A DNA stretch of 64,000 nucleotides from Utricularia gibba (GCA_002189035.1 CM007989.1:4402001-4466000), one strand, 5' to 3'. Shown: positions 1 through 14,385, counted from the first letter of the stretch. Numbers and translations: made by a program. The notes: generated by a model from the sequence alone, not told the origin.

Positions 1-67
1 GCACAGCCTAATCCATGTCTTTGCTTCCATCATTTTTTCCTGTTCATAACAATCTCATTTGTCACAG

Positions 68-327
68 ATGAGAATACACAGGCTGGCTCATATCTGAACA
101 AGGAGGAGACTGATCCCTCCAAAACTTTGGGTGAAGGAAATTCCAGCAACTGGGATGATCATCTTACCCCTGCAGAGAGACGCTATATCGAACAAAGAGC
201 GAAAATTGATTCGCATAAGCTGGCAAAGACATCCAACAAATCACACCGTGACCGTATTCAGGATTTCAATCAGTATCTTGCAAACATGAGTGAGCACTAT
301 GACATTCCCAAGGTTGGACCGGGCTAA
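68..327 (+). CDS. FAM32A: Last coding exon of a FAM32A-family protein (gene starts left of the window)
   Basis: Acceptor CAG at 65-67. The frame reads DDHLTPAERRYIEQRAKID...SHRDRIQDFNQYLANMSEHYDIPKVGPG*, the FAM32A C-terminal signature. Confidence 0.85.
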
Positions 328-748
328 AAGTCTTCCATCCACATTGAACGTACCTGTAAGATCAAGTCCTTGATTCTGAAACTCCAGTTCGGTTCTATCT
401 GCACGCTTTTTCAAATGCATGTTATTGACCGGTTGGTTCTGTTTGATGGACAACTCTGTCATATTCAGTTAGTATTGTGTATGAGTGAATACATGCTTGT
501 TAGAGTTTTAGCCATAAGTTCGTTTCTTTTTAATGTGTTGCTCATGTTCCAAAACTGGTGGATTTGAATCAACCTGGAAGGTGGTCTAAAAATACAAAAT
601 TATTCACTGCTTTCCAGTAAGTAATTGCCCCCATTTCTCCTCAAATCCGAATGGATACATGTGTGCCTCTGAAGTTCTTTTGTCCTTATACCGCCGGGTA
701 AAAAAAAATCAGGAAAGAAGTGTTTTCCAAATTGAAGCAACTTGCTTA

Positions 749-3700
749 TTAGTAATATGAATCATCATCTCCATCATTTGTTGAACGAGATGCTCCAAAC
801 TCTTGTGTTGCTGGGTTATTCCTTGTATCTGATAGGCGAGCTAATGCCTGCACTACCTGGAAGATCTGTGGCCGGAACTCCGGTTCCGACTTAACAATCA
901 AGAGCAGAAAAATTAAGCAGTTTGTAATGAAGCAAGCTGGTATCTTATGTTTTGGTATCTTGGTACCTGTACACACTGAGAAATGATGTCGGCGAGGGCA
1001 GACAGAGCACTGGGAGGATACAAACCATGCATGGCAGGATCGGCCATTTTGGCCAATGCATCCATGTCATGGAGCTTCGGTGACGCCCAATGCACAAGGG
1101 ACTGTTCGAACTTGGGTTTCCGGTCATCGAACGGCATTCGCCCGGTCATCAGCTCGAGCATTACCACACCGAAACTGTAAACATCGCTCTTTGCGGAGAT
1201 ACTTCCATCGCTTGAAGTTTCTGGAGCACAATATCCAACTGCAGCTTTCTGGCCCTGACGCTGAATCATTAACCATTAATCCACACAATGTCATTCAGCA
1301 ACTTAAATGCAATGTAATTATTCCAACCTACCTCATAGAAGATGGCCAAACCACAGTCAGAGAGGCATGGATTCAAATCAACATCCGGTAGAATATTGGA
1401 GGATTTTATGTTCTTGTGAACATAAGGGGGTGAACATACTTCATGAAGATACCTGATTGCAGAACAGTTATTAGAGTCGCAACTTACGATAGACGATGAA
1501 TCTGAAAGTGTTTGATCATTTAAATGTTTCTCATACTCGATGGCACGGGCAGTTCCTAAAGCAATCCGCACTCGGGTGTTCCATGTCAATGGTTTGCTGA
1601 AGTCATCTGATAGATGGAGAAATTCATGGAGAGAACCATTTCTGAAGTAGTCATACACCAACATCTTGTTGCCTTTCTCTGAACAAAAGCCAACTAGTGG
1701 ACATATGTTCTGGTGGTAAAGCTTCGAAAGGAATGCTATAATTTCGGAAAATTCAGCATCCTCTTCCACATGGAAAAGGGATATGTGTATCCTTTTCACC
1801 GCAACAACCTACGGATGAATGGGCATGAAACTAGGAAATGCAACAAATCAAATTTGGATATGAGAATATGAAATATGCGCATACCTTCCCATCTGCATAC
1901 TTTGCTCGATACATGCAACCAATAGACCCTTCACCAAGAAGCCTACCAGTGGAGAAGTTACCAGTAGCCTTCTCCAAATCAGCTAGAGAGCAGGGAGAAG
2001 CCTGAACAGAACCTACCATTTTGTCCACATTGTTCTTTGGTTTCTCAATGCTTTTGGACGATCTCAAAACGTCAGGAGGAGGGGAGGCTTTTTCATCGAA
2101 GGTGATAACCGCAGACTCTTGGCTCTAAATGAAGAATTTCCATTAGATTTGAAGGACTTCATTTCTGCCACCAGGGTAAAAAAATTATGCCAAAACAAGT
2201 TGATCAACAAGCTTATAGTAAACGCTTGGGGGGTAGGAAAAGTTTCAAACTAACCACTCTAAAGCATATAGCACTGATTTGTTTTTTAATTGTATGCACT
2301 CACTCAAGTTACCTTGCAAGTCTATTCGCGATTCAGCAACACCAGGTAACTCTCTAGACGAAAATGGCTGCCTATGCTCACTAAGCTGATCTTCGTCAAG
2401 GAAATGTGATGGAGGTGGTGAGGATCTGCACTTCGTGAAGATAGTAATAACAAGGCCAATCACGACCAGAATGCTTAGGATTATTCCAACAACAGCACCC
2501 CAGTTTACGGCAGCTAATCCTTGGTTAATCCCAGGATCATAAGACCAAGCATTCCCACCAAACCTATTGAATAAAGGAAAACTCAGACTGGAGAGTACAT
2601 GAAACTCCAAAACTACTTGTATACATACAGTACCACTCACTTTATCTTGCTTATCTTCTTCAACTGTCCAGGAATCCCACCAGTGAAATTATTGTTTTCA
2701 ACATTCCTGTCAGCCATACATTGGATACTTTCAACGCATATGAAGTTGCAACATAAGCATAAATGAAAAGAAATGTTCCTTTCCTTACAACTTACAGATC
2801 ATCAAGAGGAAGATTAGCAAGTACATTGATTGTACCAGAGAATCGATTATTCTGCAAATGCCTACAAATAAAGATAACGGTGAGAACCATGGGTATGAAA
2901 TTGACTGATGAGCATAAGGGACATCCTTACAGAGTCCTAATATTCGTGAGATTCATGAAACTCTGTGGAAGATCACCTGACAGTGAATTAAAAGATAGAT
3001 CCCTGATTGTAATCTCAGTAGTTAGTAAAAAAAAAAAAATCACCAATTGAATGTTCACAAGCTCCTAGCTTTCTGATATTAACTGTATACGAATCAGATA
3101 CTTACATATCAGTGATTTTGGTAAGCTTTTGAAACATGTCCATGAGTTGTCCATTGAGCTTGTTATTACTAAGATATCTGCATAAATTAAAATAATAACA
3201 AAGAAACTCGACATCTATCTGGGTATATACAACAGAAAAGTATCTTACATCTCTTTGAGACGAACCATCTGGGAGATTGAGTAAGGAACAGCACCCTCAA
3301 ATTCGTTTTCCGATAGATCTCTGCATAGATTAAGATCTAATTTCTCATAACAAGTAACATGTAAGGAGATCCCAGCACTATATGTAGGAGAAGTTAGATG
3401 ATGGAGAGAAATGCTGTAGCATGCACTTACAATAGCTCAACATTTGGGGAAGTTGATAAGGAATGCTGCTCCTGAATTTGTTTTTGCTCACATCACTGTC
3501 AGTGACAATATGGATTAAATTCATAAAAAAGGAAGGGAAAGTACATAAGCTATCTGGATAACATGACACGAACATCCGAATTAATGTAAAACAGAATCCC
3601 AACTTTAGTGAAGAGCTAGTATGGCCTTACAAGCGGATAACTGATGTTAAATCTGATAGTTTGTAACCGATAGATCCAGTAAGTCCCAACCCAGCGATAT

Positions 3701-4406
3701 CACTGCCATCAATTATAACTTAAAATAGTGGGCAACACTTGCTTGTTGTTTTCATGTCAAGAAATACTCGGACAACATGCAAAAAAAAAAGACACTTCAA
3801 TTATTTGATTCAGCTGCAGTAGGTACATTTCAGTTACTTTTGATCCAGAGCATGAGACTCCTCTCCAAGAATCATCGCAAGGATCACCACCACTTGATTT
3901 CCAACCATCCAATTTTGAAGGAGAATTCATGGTGGCAAACATGACATTTAACGCAGAAACTGGGACACACAATACGATTCGTGAAACATTACCATAATTT
4001 GCAAATCAAAGTAAGAGTGCATTGCATGTGCAAAATTTGATTAAGTTTCTGTTTAACACTGTTCATCATATAGACATACTGAACCATAATCTTTTTGTTC
4101 TTTGGCATGCCTAACTCTGTAACATTTTATTATGTCTCCCAGATATAGTTCTCAGTTTTCGTGACATACATAGAACAAAACCAATTTATCGAGTTCGATA
4201 ACACCATAATCATCAACCAAATGTCCGGAAGAATTCTTTTATGTCCACTAATGTAAGTATGAAAATTAAAAAAAAAAAAGTAGAACTGAATTACCGTCAC
4301 TGGATTGAGTTTTGGAGGAGACCAAGACGGAGTTGAAAATCAAGCAGCAAGGAAGGGCATAGAACACTTTGACAAGGATATAAAATGACCATCCAAATTC
4401 CATCAT
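749..4406 (-). CDS. SRF5: STRUBBELIG-receptor family LRR-RLK (SRF4/5-like), multi-exon, with a 1-nt frameshift near 2085
   Basis: Signal peptide [14 protein letters not shown]...; [32 protein letters not shown]; many short LRR exons; TM helix [21 protein letters not shown]; kinase motifs [37 protein letters not shown]. The subfamily number is tentative. Confidence 0.88.
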
Positions 4407-5479
4407 CACTCAGTGCCTCTTCTCTAATCCCCCAGGGGAAATCCAATTACGAGATCGCAACGGAAAACCACCATTTCTATTAACTACACTACACTCGTAC
4501 ACCGAAAACCCAGCATAAAGAAGAAGATACAGCGCAGGACAATCGACACCGCCGCGTCGCACTGGTTTTGATTCGATCGTAAGGTAGAGACAGCATTGCC
4601 ATCGCGATTCGCATCCAAAAGAAGGTTCCTGAGGTCCCGGATCGGGTCTCAGAGCCAGAAACGCAGAAAGTGGAGAACACATTCATTTGGGTGCCCTCCA
4701 TCAAACTCGCTCCCCCTTTCGTTAACTTTCCTCATTCGGCGCTTTCCCCAACGGCTACTCTCCATTTTTAAACCTAAGGTCAATTCGACAAAAATAATAG
4801 AAAGTTTATTATTTTTAACCAAATTTATTTTATTAGTATTTTTTTCTAATTACTAATTTTAAAAATTTATCTCCTAAGATTTCCTTGGTAAATCAAATAG
4901 TAAATGTAAATAAATTATATTATAAATTTATGATATGTAATTAATAAAAAATTGAAATATTTAAAATAACTTTTCTACAAAATTTAATTTAATTTATATT
5001 TATTATCGTATAAAATTATCACAATCAAATTAAATATAGAAAAAATATTCATATTTTTACAATCCGTTTTAATATTTACCAAAGGAGCACATAAACTGAG
5101 GTAAATTACAAAAATGGTCATCTGTGTGTGAAAAAAAAATTAACATAAAATTTTGTCTCAATATATAAGAAATAAAGTGACAGTGGTCACTTTTGTAAAA
5201 ATAACTTTAAACTATTATTTAAAATTTAATAAAAAAATAAACCGGCAAATTCAATATTGCACCCCAGACTCTAATGTCGGAAACGTGCTGGAATAACGTA
5301 TGCTTTTCTAATGTACGCTGATTAAAATAAAAAATATTTCGCATTAAAATGTATTTTCTGGTTTTCGGTCTAATATAAAAACATCTGTGGAGCCAAGGCT
5401 CAGTTCTGTAATCGGGTACCGGTTGCGATTTTGGGAACCCGAGTTGAAAGACGACCTTGGATCTTTAAATCTCCGGCGT

Positions 5480-6301
5480 ATGGAGGGCGGCGGCGGCGGC
5501 GTTAAGGAGGAGTTCCAGTCATCGGAGATTGAATACTTGAGTTACGGCGGGGAGCACCATCTGCCGTTGATAATGGAGCTGGTGGATCAGGAATTGAGTG
5601 AACCCTACTCCATCTTCACCTACAGATACTTCGTTTATCTCTGGCCCAATCTCTCTTTTCTCGTAACCTCGATTTCCGCCACTTCTTTCTTTTTTTTTTC
5701 CGATTTGACATTGCTGAGATTTTTGAATTGATTCTTTTTTCTTTCTTATTTTTTTAATTATCTTCAGGCGTTTCACAAAGGGAAGTGTGTTGGGACGGTG
5801 GTTTGCAAGATGGGGGATCACCGCCATACGTTCAGAGGCTACATTGCGATGCTTGTTGTCCTCAGCCCTTATCGTGGAAGAGGAATTGGTGAGTGGCTAC
5901 TCCCGAATCTTGCGATTTCGTAGTGCCAACTGATATGACCGATGAATTGAATTCCGCGTGGTTGTTTTGCAACTGCAGCGACTGAACTCGTCTCCAGATC
6001 AATCAAAGTGATGATGGAATCAGGCTGTGAGGAGGTAATTTGAAGGATTCTTTTTTCTGCTGGCCATTTCAGTGTCGTCTCTACCATTTTGGATATCCAG
6101 GTGACCTTGGAAGCGGAAGTTACAAACAAGGGAGCACTTGCTTTGTACGGTAGGCTGGGGTTCGTAAGATCCAAACGGCTGTTCCGTTACTACTTGAACG
6201 GAGTTGATGCCTTCCGGCTCAAGCTCTTGTTTCCCAGACCGGAGCTGGATTTCGACGCCGATGCAGCAGCAGCTGCTGCTGCCGCTAATGAAGAGGCGTA
6301 G
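5480..6301 (+). CDS. MAK3: N-alpha-acetyltransferase MAK3/NAA30 (NatC catalytic subunit), 4 exons, intact
   Basis: Spliced at GT-AG sites: [14 protein letters not shown]...[23 protein letters not shown]...[21 protein letters not shown]...[16 protein letters not shown]. Confidence 0.95.
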
Positions 6302-6564
6302 ATGCTATGCTATGAAAACTTCGAGCAACAGGAAGTGGCTTTTCCCATTTGTTCATGTTTCATACTTTGATATGAGAGGAAATAATAGTGATAAGGATAG
6401 AAACAAGTGTAGAACTTTCTGATACAGGAACAGCTTTAAGGTGCAGTTTGCTTGAGTGTTAACTAAGAATTTAGGTGTTTGTAAAATTGTATTTTTATAA
6501 ATTTTTAAAAATAAGAATTGTTTTCTGATTTCTACAGTAGTTTGTATTTAATTTTTAAAAAATT

Positions 6565-6619
6565 GTTTATGAAACATTTGCCTAGAAGTCTAAATAATCT
6601 AAAAGAGTGTTTCATAAAC
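6565..6619. repeat. 12-bp perfect inverted repeat, possibly the centre of a decayed MITE
   Basis: GTTTATGAAACA (6565-6576) and TGTTTCATAAAC (6608-6619) in AT-rich DNA. Confidence 0.4.
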
Positions 6620-7149
6620 TTTTTTCTATCCATTTTCACTTGTAGAAAAAGTGGAAAATAGAAATAAAATATTTAAAGTAGATCAACAACTAATTTATTA
6701 ATAATAAATATTCTGCACAAAAATATTTTTGATAATTTTGAAGATTGTGCTCTATTTTCAATGAATGTGATAGTATTATATTATTTTGATTCAATTTGTT
6801 TTGATAAGATATCATTGCATTGTTAATATATTTTATTTTCATAACAAACTTGGAACAAAATAGATTTTATTTGAAACACAATAGAAGTTGAAATATAAGT
6901 TAGAACTCTTAAAACAAAATATAAATTGAATTACAATAGAAATTGAAAATAAGAATTTTTGAAAAATAACAGAAATTTAATATCAACATCTAGTACATTC
7001 CAATTATATACATTCTAAAGTTGATCACAAATTAGGTGTCAAATCAAACTCCATTGAAGCTGACTAACTGACTAAGGTATCACTTCAATATTTTCAATTG
7101 GATCATAGGGTAGCTAGGTGAGTGAGCTAAGGTGGGATTGAAGTGATAG

Positions 7150-9260
7150 AGAGTATGAAAAAGAGGGATGGTTTAGGACTTGAGGAAAGCTTATTTGTTA
7201 ATATTTATGCAATTAACAACCATTGGAGGTAGATGATGGACATCTATGCTCCATTCAAGGACTATGCATGATTCGTAGTAATGACCCTTGCAAGGTGATT
7301 CATTGCTTGTGTATGCTCGAAGTCATTCATAAAGTAGGCAATCCTGTAAATAATCGCCAATATCTTTTTGGATTTTGATTTACCATGGTTTATGCAATTT
7401 TTTCGAATGCAAAAAACACAGAAATGATGAACACCATATGAGAGAACAAGCTCTTAGTATCGCATGTACATAGCTAACAGTCCAGATTCACGATCATTGA
7501 TGATACATACTCTTGTTCTTCTTCTGATTACATATCAAACTAATTGCTCCATAAATCAGATCCAATCCTCGACACTTTCACCATGCACGAATACATATCC
7601 CAATAGAATTATATGGTTACTTGCATCAATAGCAACTACTACAAGTTACTTGTAGTCGTAACTACCATATAAGTGCATAGCATCTATGCATATGACTGAT
7701 CAACAATGCATGAAAGCTTTTATTGAAAAGCCAAAAGCCTAGAAAACCTGCTTCAAGAGACGATCACCATGAACATGAGTCTCATGTTCCCATGTCACCA
7801 CTGTTCCTGAGTTTTGCTTCCGAACCTCTTCAAAATAGATAGGTCGTTGGGCACAAGAAGCTTGCCAGGTACCATAATGGAGTTCATAGGTTCGATACAT
7901 ACAAGCCCAAGCATACCATTTAGGCATATCATAGATAAACAGCTCTTTGATGATGCATTGAACACCTAGAGTCATTAACTTTGGACTTAAATACGGAATA
8001 AGCCAATGAGCAACATATCAGATGTTTAGGTTGGCATGGGTGGATGCTTTTGATATTAGTTCACAAATATGAGTTTCTATCAGCTTTATTATCTTCCACA
8101 TTCCTAATCTCTTTTGATAAGCTACTCTAAGCTTAAACGCACAATACTCCTTCTCACTATAAGTCTGCAGACACATCATCTCGATCGCTTTTGTATGTTC
8201 TGCATTCTCGCTGAGCAATGGTAAGATGCCACTTGACAACTGCATCCATGATAGTCTTACGATCCTTCAGTGTCATACCATGTTGAAAATTTCAGTTATC
8301 TCATCGTAATAATCTCCTGGAATGAATGCATCCATTGAATCAACATAAACATTTAGTTCGTTCTCTTCTTGTGTTGGTAAAGGGGCTCCTACCTATGTCC
8401 CATGAATTTTGATGTCCAGAGGCAAGTCAGGTAAATCTTAGATCATTAATTATGCAACAGGTTCCTCAAAATCTGGGTTAGCTGGTATATCATCATCAGA
8501 TAAATTATGTGCCTCATCTTCATACATGTCATCTCCAACTAGAAAGACATGCGAGTCATCTTAATAGTCGTAATCCCTACCTTGATCATAATAATTAAAA
8601 AAAGGATCATGGCCAGAATGACCAAAATCATATTAAATCATTATACGAAAATTATTAACAATCTAAAAACTATTTTATTTATAATCAAAAAAACAAAAAA
8701 ATTAATTTTTGTATTAATTTCTTGTGAGTTTAATGAAATATTTTATTAAATTGTACTATATTTTAATGAAATCCATGCAAATATTGGTTTACATAAATAA
8801 ACAATGAATTTTATATGTTTATTTTTAAAATTAAATGGTTTTGATATATTTAATGTAACAAAAAAATTTTGATTATAAAATTGAAAATAGAAGATATGAT
8901 TGATAGGCTTAATTAAATTTGTACAAAAAAAGATTAAAAAATCTATAAATACAAATTAGTTAATTTCTTTTTAAAAATAAAAAAAGAATTATATAAAATT
9001 CATAAAGATTAAAAGCAAATACTGACCTGAATAAAATGATGAACACCTTGATGAGTTATGTTGTGAGATTAATATTTCAATACCAAAATCAGATCTTTTG
9101 GGATCTATAATGAATGAGAAATTTGTTGAATCGTTTACATTAATATAATTTACAGTGTAGGAATTAATACTATAGAACTTGGCACATAATCGAACATTAT
9201 CGCAATCCACTTTGATGTCTAGCTCAATTTCAATAGTATCTAGTAGCTTATTCTAGGAAA
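7150..9260 (-). mobile_element. Degenerate Mutator/MuDR-like transposase remnant; ends not defined
   Basis: Broken frames give KRLGMWKIIKLIETHIC (like MuDR W.I.K...HTC), LHYGTWQASCAQRPIYFEEVRKQNSGTVV (like L.G.WE.SY..LP.Y...L...NPG) and CVFCIRKNC (like HRFCLRHI). Many stops; no TIR or TSD found. Confidence 0.7.
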
Positions 9261-10623
9261 TGTTTCGTTTCATCGCTAAAATTTTCACCGATTCCGAAGC
9301 ATACGTATGGTGGACTGATGAATCATCCAATATTGAGCCTCTAACATAGAATTTCATTGTAGCTTTGGTTATTGATTCAAGAATCCGGTAATTGAATGCA
9401 AAGTTTGGATTGAAAGTAGAGAAAACAAGAAAAATGAAAGAGAAGTAAATATAGAAAAACTAACAGGAATATCGAAAGAGGGGAGGAAGAAGGTAGTAAG
9501 AAGTAAACCTGAAAACTGAAAACCATTGAAGATAAAGTAAGTAAGAAGGAATTGATATTGAAGAAGGGTAGGCACACCTTCATTCAACTTTAATAATAAA
9601 GTATTTGTTGATAATTTTATAATTTAATTAAATGCTACTTGTGTTTACTCCATGATAAAATTACCCTACAACACTGATACACCCAAAGACACATGTATTT
9701 TATTGGTGGTAAGTGGATTATTTTTACATGCATGTGATTATGAGAATTTTTTAGTTTTTTACTGGTGGAGATAGATGGCTGATCCGTCTGGCCTTCCTCT
9801 GTAGCATGCGGTCGAACCCACTTTCAAGGTCCAGCATCCTCCTCGGTTGTTTTTTTCGCAGCTTTTTTACCTTCCGTTCACCCCTCGCCCCCTCCTTTCT
9901 TCCCCATCTCTCCACTTCAACACTCCATTGCAACACTAGTACATACTGAACACATGTATTTTACTAACCCTTATATTACCTTATGTATTTTATCAATACA
10001 TATTTTTTTAAATATGTATTTTGGTAACGCAGGCGTTTGAACAGATAGGTTTAGGGATGGCTATCCTTTACTTGATGGTTGACTCCTCTTTCCTTACACA
10101 CCTAATGCCATGCCTCCCAAGTACTCTTTATTTATAACCTTTAGTTTGGTCTAATGAGCATTTCCTAAGCTCATTGTGCCAATTCTACTCATTCTAACCA
10201 TCAAATCTTATCTTATATCAGGTGGTCCCATTTTTTAAAAAATATCTCATGAAAAAAATTAAATAACATGGCTCAATCCAAATGAGCTCAGCCGGCATAA
10301 TACCTATGCTTTTAACATCAATTTGTGAAACATTCTAATTATTTATGTATTTTTATATCATACCTTCTTATTATTATTATTTTTACTTTCCAAAATACCT
10401 CAGAATTAGCTGTGTAGCTGATGCAACATGGGAGTGGCCCTGTGCCAATGTCATTTTCAGAGGGGGTTAAAATCCAGCCCATTTAAAACTGTCAAATTAG
10501 CTTCTAAAGCTACTTAATCCGTTCTTCTCCCCTCTTCGGACGAAGCGAAAGCAACCGAATCCAGGTGTGAAGCAACAGCCTAAAACTGTTCGACAATCTA
10601 CTGGCGCTGGAGAGTTGCTGGAG

Positions 10624-13303
10624 ATGCGAGCCCTGAGAAAGGCTCTCACGAGAAGGCCCGCTTTATTCCATGGCCTCTGCGCCGCCGCCTTTTTCACTCT
10701 CGTTGTGCTAGCAATTCAGTTTGCCTTTACAGGTAACCTTGCTTCTGTTTCATCTTCCATTTTCATTCACGAACTCATCTCTTAATTGCGGATCTGTGCT
10801 CCGTTTGCAGGAAGTCGCGGCATTGCGCATTATGTGGAGGTGGATATTGGTACTTTATCTGATTTCGAAACCAATGTTCAGCAGTGTGTGGTCAGTCTCA
10901 TGCCACTCTTGCAATGTCATCATTTCCTTTTGCATTACAGCATTTTCCGAGTGACTGATGTAACATTTTCTGCGGGGAAAAAATAGTCTTCGTATTTGTG
11001 TATGTTTGATCTTTGGAGCAAAATAAAAAAAAAAACCTTTCCGTTACCAAGATTTGCCTTAGGGGGGCGATCGATAATGTTTTTTTTTTTTATCGTGGTC
11101 TTCTGGGTGATGGTTTTCCTTCTTGCAGGCAGATAGAGGCCTTGGGCTTACTGCTCAGCCTATCGATCATTGTAATTTGGTTCTCAAGTTTCCAGAGGGG
11201 ACTAATAGCACCTGGGTTTGACCCTTAAGACTCAGATACTACAGATATTTATTTTGTTTCAATGTTTGATGTCCTGTAATTATTATTTCCTTCTCGCTTG
11301 GCAGTACAATGAACAATTCAAAATATTTGAGCCCCTGGAGTATAAATATGATATTTGTGAAGCATTGCTTCTGTGGGAACAGGTATTCATCATCCTATAC
11401 CAATATGCTGATCTGCTTCTTTGGACTTCAATCAAGCCTAAATGTATCTTGATTGCAGTATCGTAATATGACCACCGTGTTGACTAGGGAATACTTAGAT
11501 GCTCGTCCTTCTGGATGGCTAGAGTATGCTCCAAAAAGGATTGCACAGTTGTATGCTAACATTTTCTTTTCTTTTCAAGTTCTTTGAATGAAGCTGACAT
11601 TGCATTTCTACCTTTCCACTCTTTTGAGGCAAGTTGATCTCCCATAATTTTTCTTTTATGTTTATTTATTGTCTTAGAGGAGAGAAAAAATGCCACAACA
11701 AGACGCTGTGTGAGGATAATCTTAATATACTTTTACCAGCAAAACCTCCTTTCCATCCCCGTCAATTTGCAAGTTGTGCTGTTGTTGGTAACTCTGGAGA
11801 TCTTTTGAAGACTGAATTTGGCAAAGAAATTGACAGTCATGATGCAGTTATAAGAGACAATGAAGCCCCTGTAAATGAGGTAGATATTTGAATGTAACTT
11901 TTATCATTTGTTTTGTTATAATGTTAATACGTGTAAGAAGGGCATTTTCTAGATACTGCTGGCATTGTATTCCTGTGTGGTTATCTGGATTTTCAATTTC
12001 CCTTCCCCGTCTTCTTCTAAGAGGCTTCATTTGGAATATTGTTGTCGTGCATTGAGAGTACTGAGATGTAAGAAATGGTGTTAATTGTTTGTGTTCATGA
12101 TGATCACCTTTACATACTCCGCAGAAATATGCCAAGTATGTTGGCCTGAAGAGAGATTTTCGCCTTGTTGTTCGGGGTGCTGCTCGTAACATGGTTCCTA
12201 TTCTCAATGGATCAGGTCTGGTATATGCCGTTGAATTAAGTAATTCTAGTAGATTCAGTGTTGGTTTGTATTATAAAGATAAGAGACATTTATCAATGAA
12301 TCCGATGTTTCTTCCTATTCCTTTGGGGACAATGGGATCCAGAACTGATGCATTGCCTTTTATTTATTCAATTGCAGATGACGAAGTGCTTATCATAAAA
12401 AGCCTCACTCATAGAGAAATCAACGCAGTGATAAAGGTAGATATGGAAGATGATAACTAAATGTGTAAGCAGATTCGATTGTCTGCTGTGCGACATATTT
12501 TACGTGCATATATCTAAGAAGCCAATTCAAACTTATCTTGCCATCACTGCAGACTCTCCCCAATCCAGTTTACCTATTTCAAGGTATTGTACTTCGTAGG
12601 GGTGCCAAGGGAACTGGAATGAAATCGATAGAGCTGGCACTTTCCATGTGTGATATCGTTGACATCTACGGTTTCACCGTTGATCCTGGATATACCGAGT
12701 GGTCATACCATTTTTTCACTGTGCTGCTTCTTCGTTTTCCCGTCTCTCCGGCTAACATAAAACTTTCTCAATGGTTCAGGACAAGATACTTCTCAACACC
12801 AAGGAAAGGGCATAATCCACTTCAAGGAAGAGCTTACTACCAACTTCTCGAATGTCTTGGTGTCAGTTTCTTACTCTTTGGGGAAGTTCAGCTTTCTCAT
12901 CTACCCTTCTCAACCTCACTTCATTTCACATATGAAGGTTATTCGCATCCATTCTCCCATGCGAGACAAAAGGAAGCAAGACTGGTCTAGTATACCCACC
13001 CGAGCAGCAATTACCAGAGCTCATGCTGCGGCCGTGCGGTTGAAGGAGAGTTCAAGTGGGCGAGAGGGGGAATCAGGACAATTTAGAAGCTGTAAAGTAT
13101 GGGGACGATCAACTAGCGACCAGGTCTCCGGCTCACCGGACATGAGTGATCGCCGGAAGAAGTCGAATTACGCCAAATGGGAACAGATGCCATTTGAGCA
13201 GCTGAGGAAGGAAGCCCAGGATCATTTCACACAGATGGAGGGCGTGTCTCTGTACAAAATGGATGGTAACAAACTGGATGATCTCGTATGCGTCAGGCAT
13301 TAG
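10624..13303 (+). CDS. SIA1: Sialyltransferase-like protein 1 (GT29, MGP2/SIA1 type), multi-exon
   Basis: TM anchor followed by [28 protein letters not shown]-motif [16 protein letters not shown]...DNEAP, S-motif [22 protein letters not shown] and [21 protein letters not shown] junctions checked for exons 1-6. Confidence 0.95.
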
Positions 13304-14385
13304 TCCTCAGAGCCTTCATTCCCCCCTTACAAAAGAAAAAAAAAACCATATGTATTTTACAGGATGGTTGGTTCCGTCGATCCTGACATATGAACGTGGT
13401 TCTTTGCATCTAGAGATCTTTGAAAGTGATGGGTGGGGTGTTCTAAATTTCACCTATTTCGGATTTTGGTTTTTTTTTCGAAATGTATTTAAAAGTATGT
13501 TTATTTTATTAACTGAAAATAAATAAGAACACATAAAAGCAACAGAAAATTATATATTCTGTAATGATGGTTTAAAAATATTTCTAATCATTGAGTTGAT
13601 CAGGTAATTTTAAGATTCAAATAGTTCATTATAAAAGAATAAACATATTTTTATAAAATAGGAACAATCGAATAAAATACAATTCATTTTATAAACTTAG
13701 GAGATTTAATCAATTTTTTTATTTTCTAATCTTACATAGATTAGGAATTGATTGTAATAATCTAAGATTAAGTCAAATGTTGGATTATTTTCCTCTTCCA
13801 ATAATTCTGCTATTGTAATTAAAATATTACAACATTTTTTATATGGAAAATGTGAAATGTAAAATTTTTCTGAAATTCAAACATTGGTCTATTTACATAA
13901 AAAAAAAAAGTTAATATGATATAATATGTAAAGTATTTATATAATTTTGATGATCTTATTTTTCAAAATTATTTTTTTATATAAGTTCTTTTAATGGAAC
14001 AAAATTAATTTGAAAATATAATTTATTTTAAAACATATTTGTATAATTTAATTTTTTTTTATTTAAAAATATAATAAAAAATATAAATGATTCTTTAGGA
14101 TAATATAATATTTTTTAAAAAGAATTATATAATATTCATGTACGGAAAATGCGAAAGGTTCCTGGAGTTCCGTCCTTGAGGATGGTTAAATCCGATTCTT
14201 GACTACCAAATGAAGTCTGCAGAGAAGGGAGTTTAGACTTTGGATACAACAAATGCTACTGCTAGTGCTATGGCTAATTGGTAGTATTACGTTGAGGCTA
14301 GGAAGAGGGAAGGATTGGGTGAATTGGGTTTGGGCTTCGTCCTTTGTCTGCATTCACCCCCTTGTGTTTGGACCATTCCTTCTCA

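Noticed and set aside
2081-2100. Programmed -1 frameshifting as the explanation for the gene frameshifts
   Set aside because: Only G AAA AAG in SRF is partly slippery, and it is not a canonical X XXY YYZ site. The NFRKB-like and PLAC8 lesions have no usable heptamer. Indel or assembly error is simpler.
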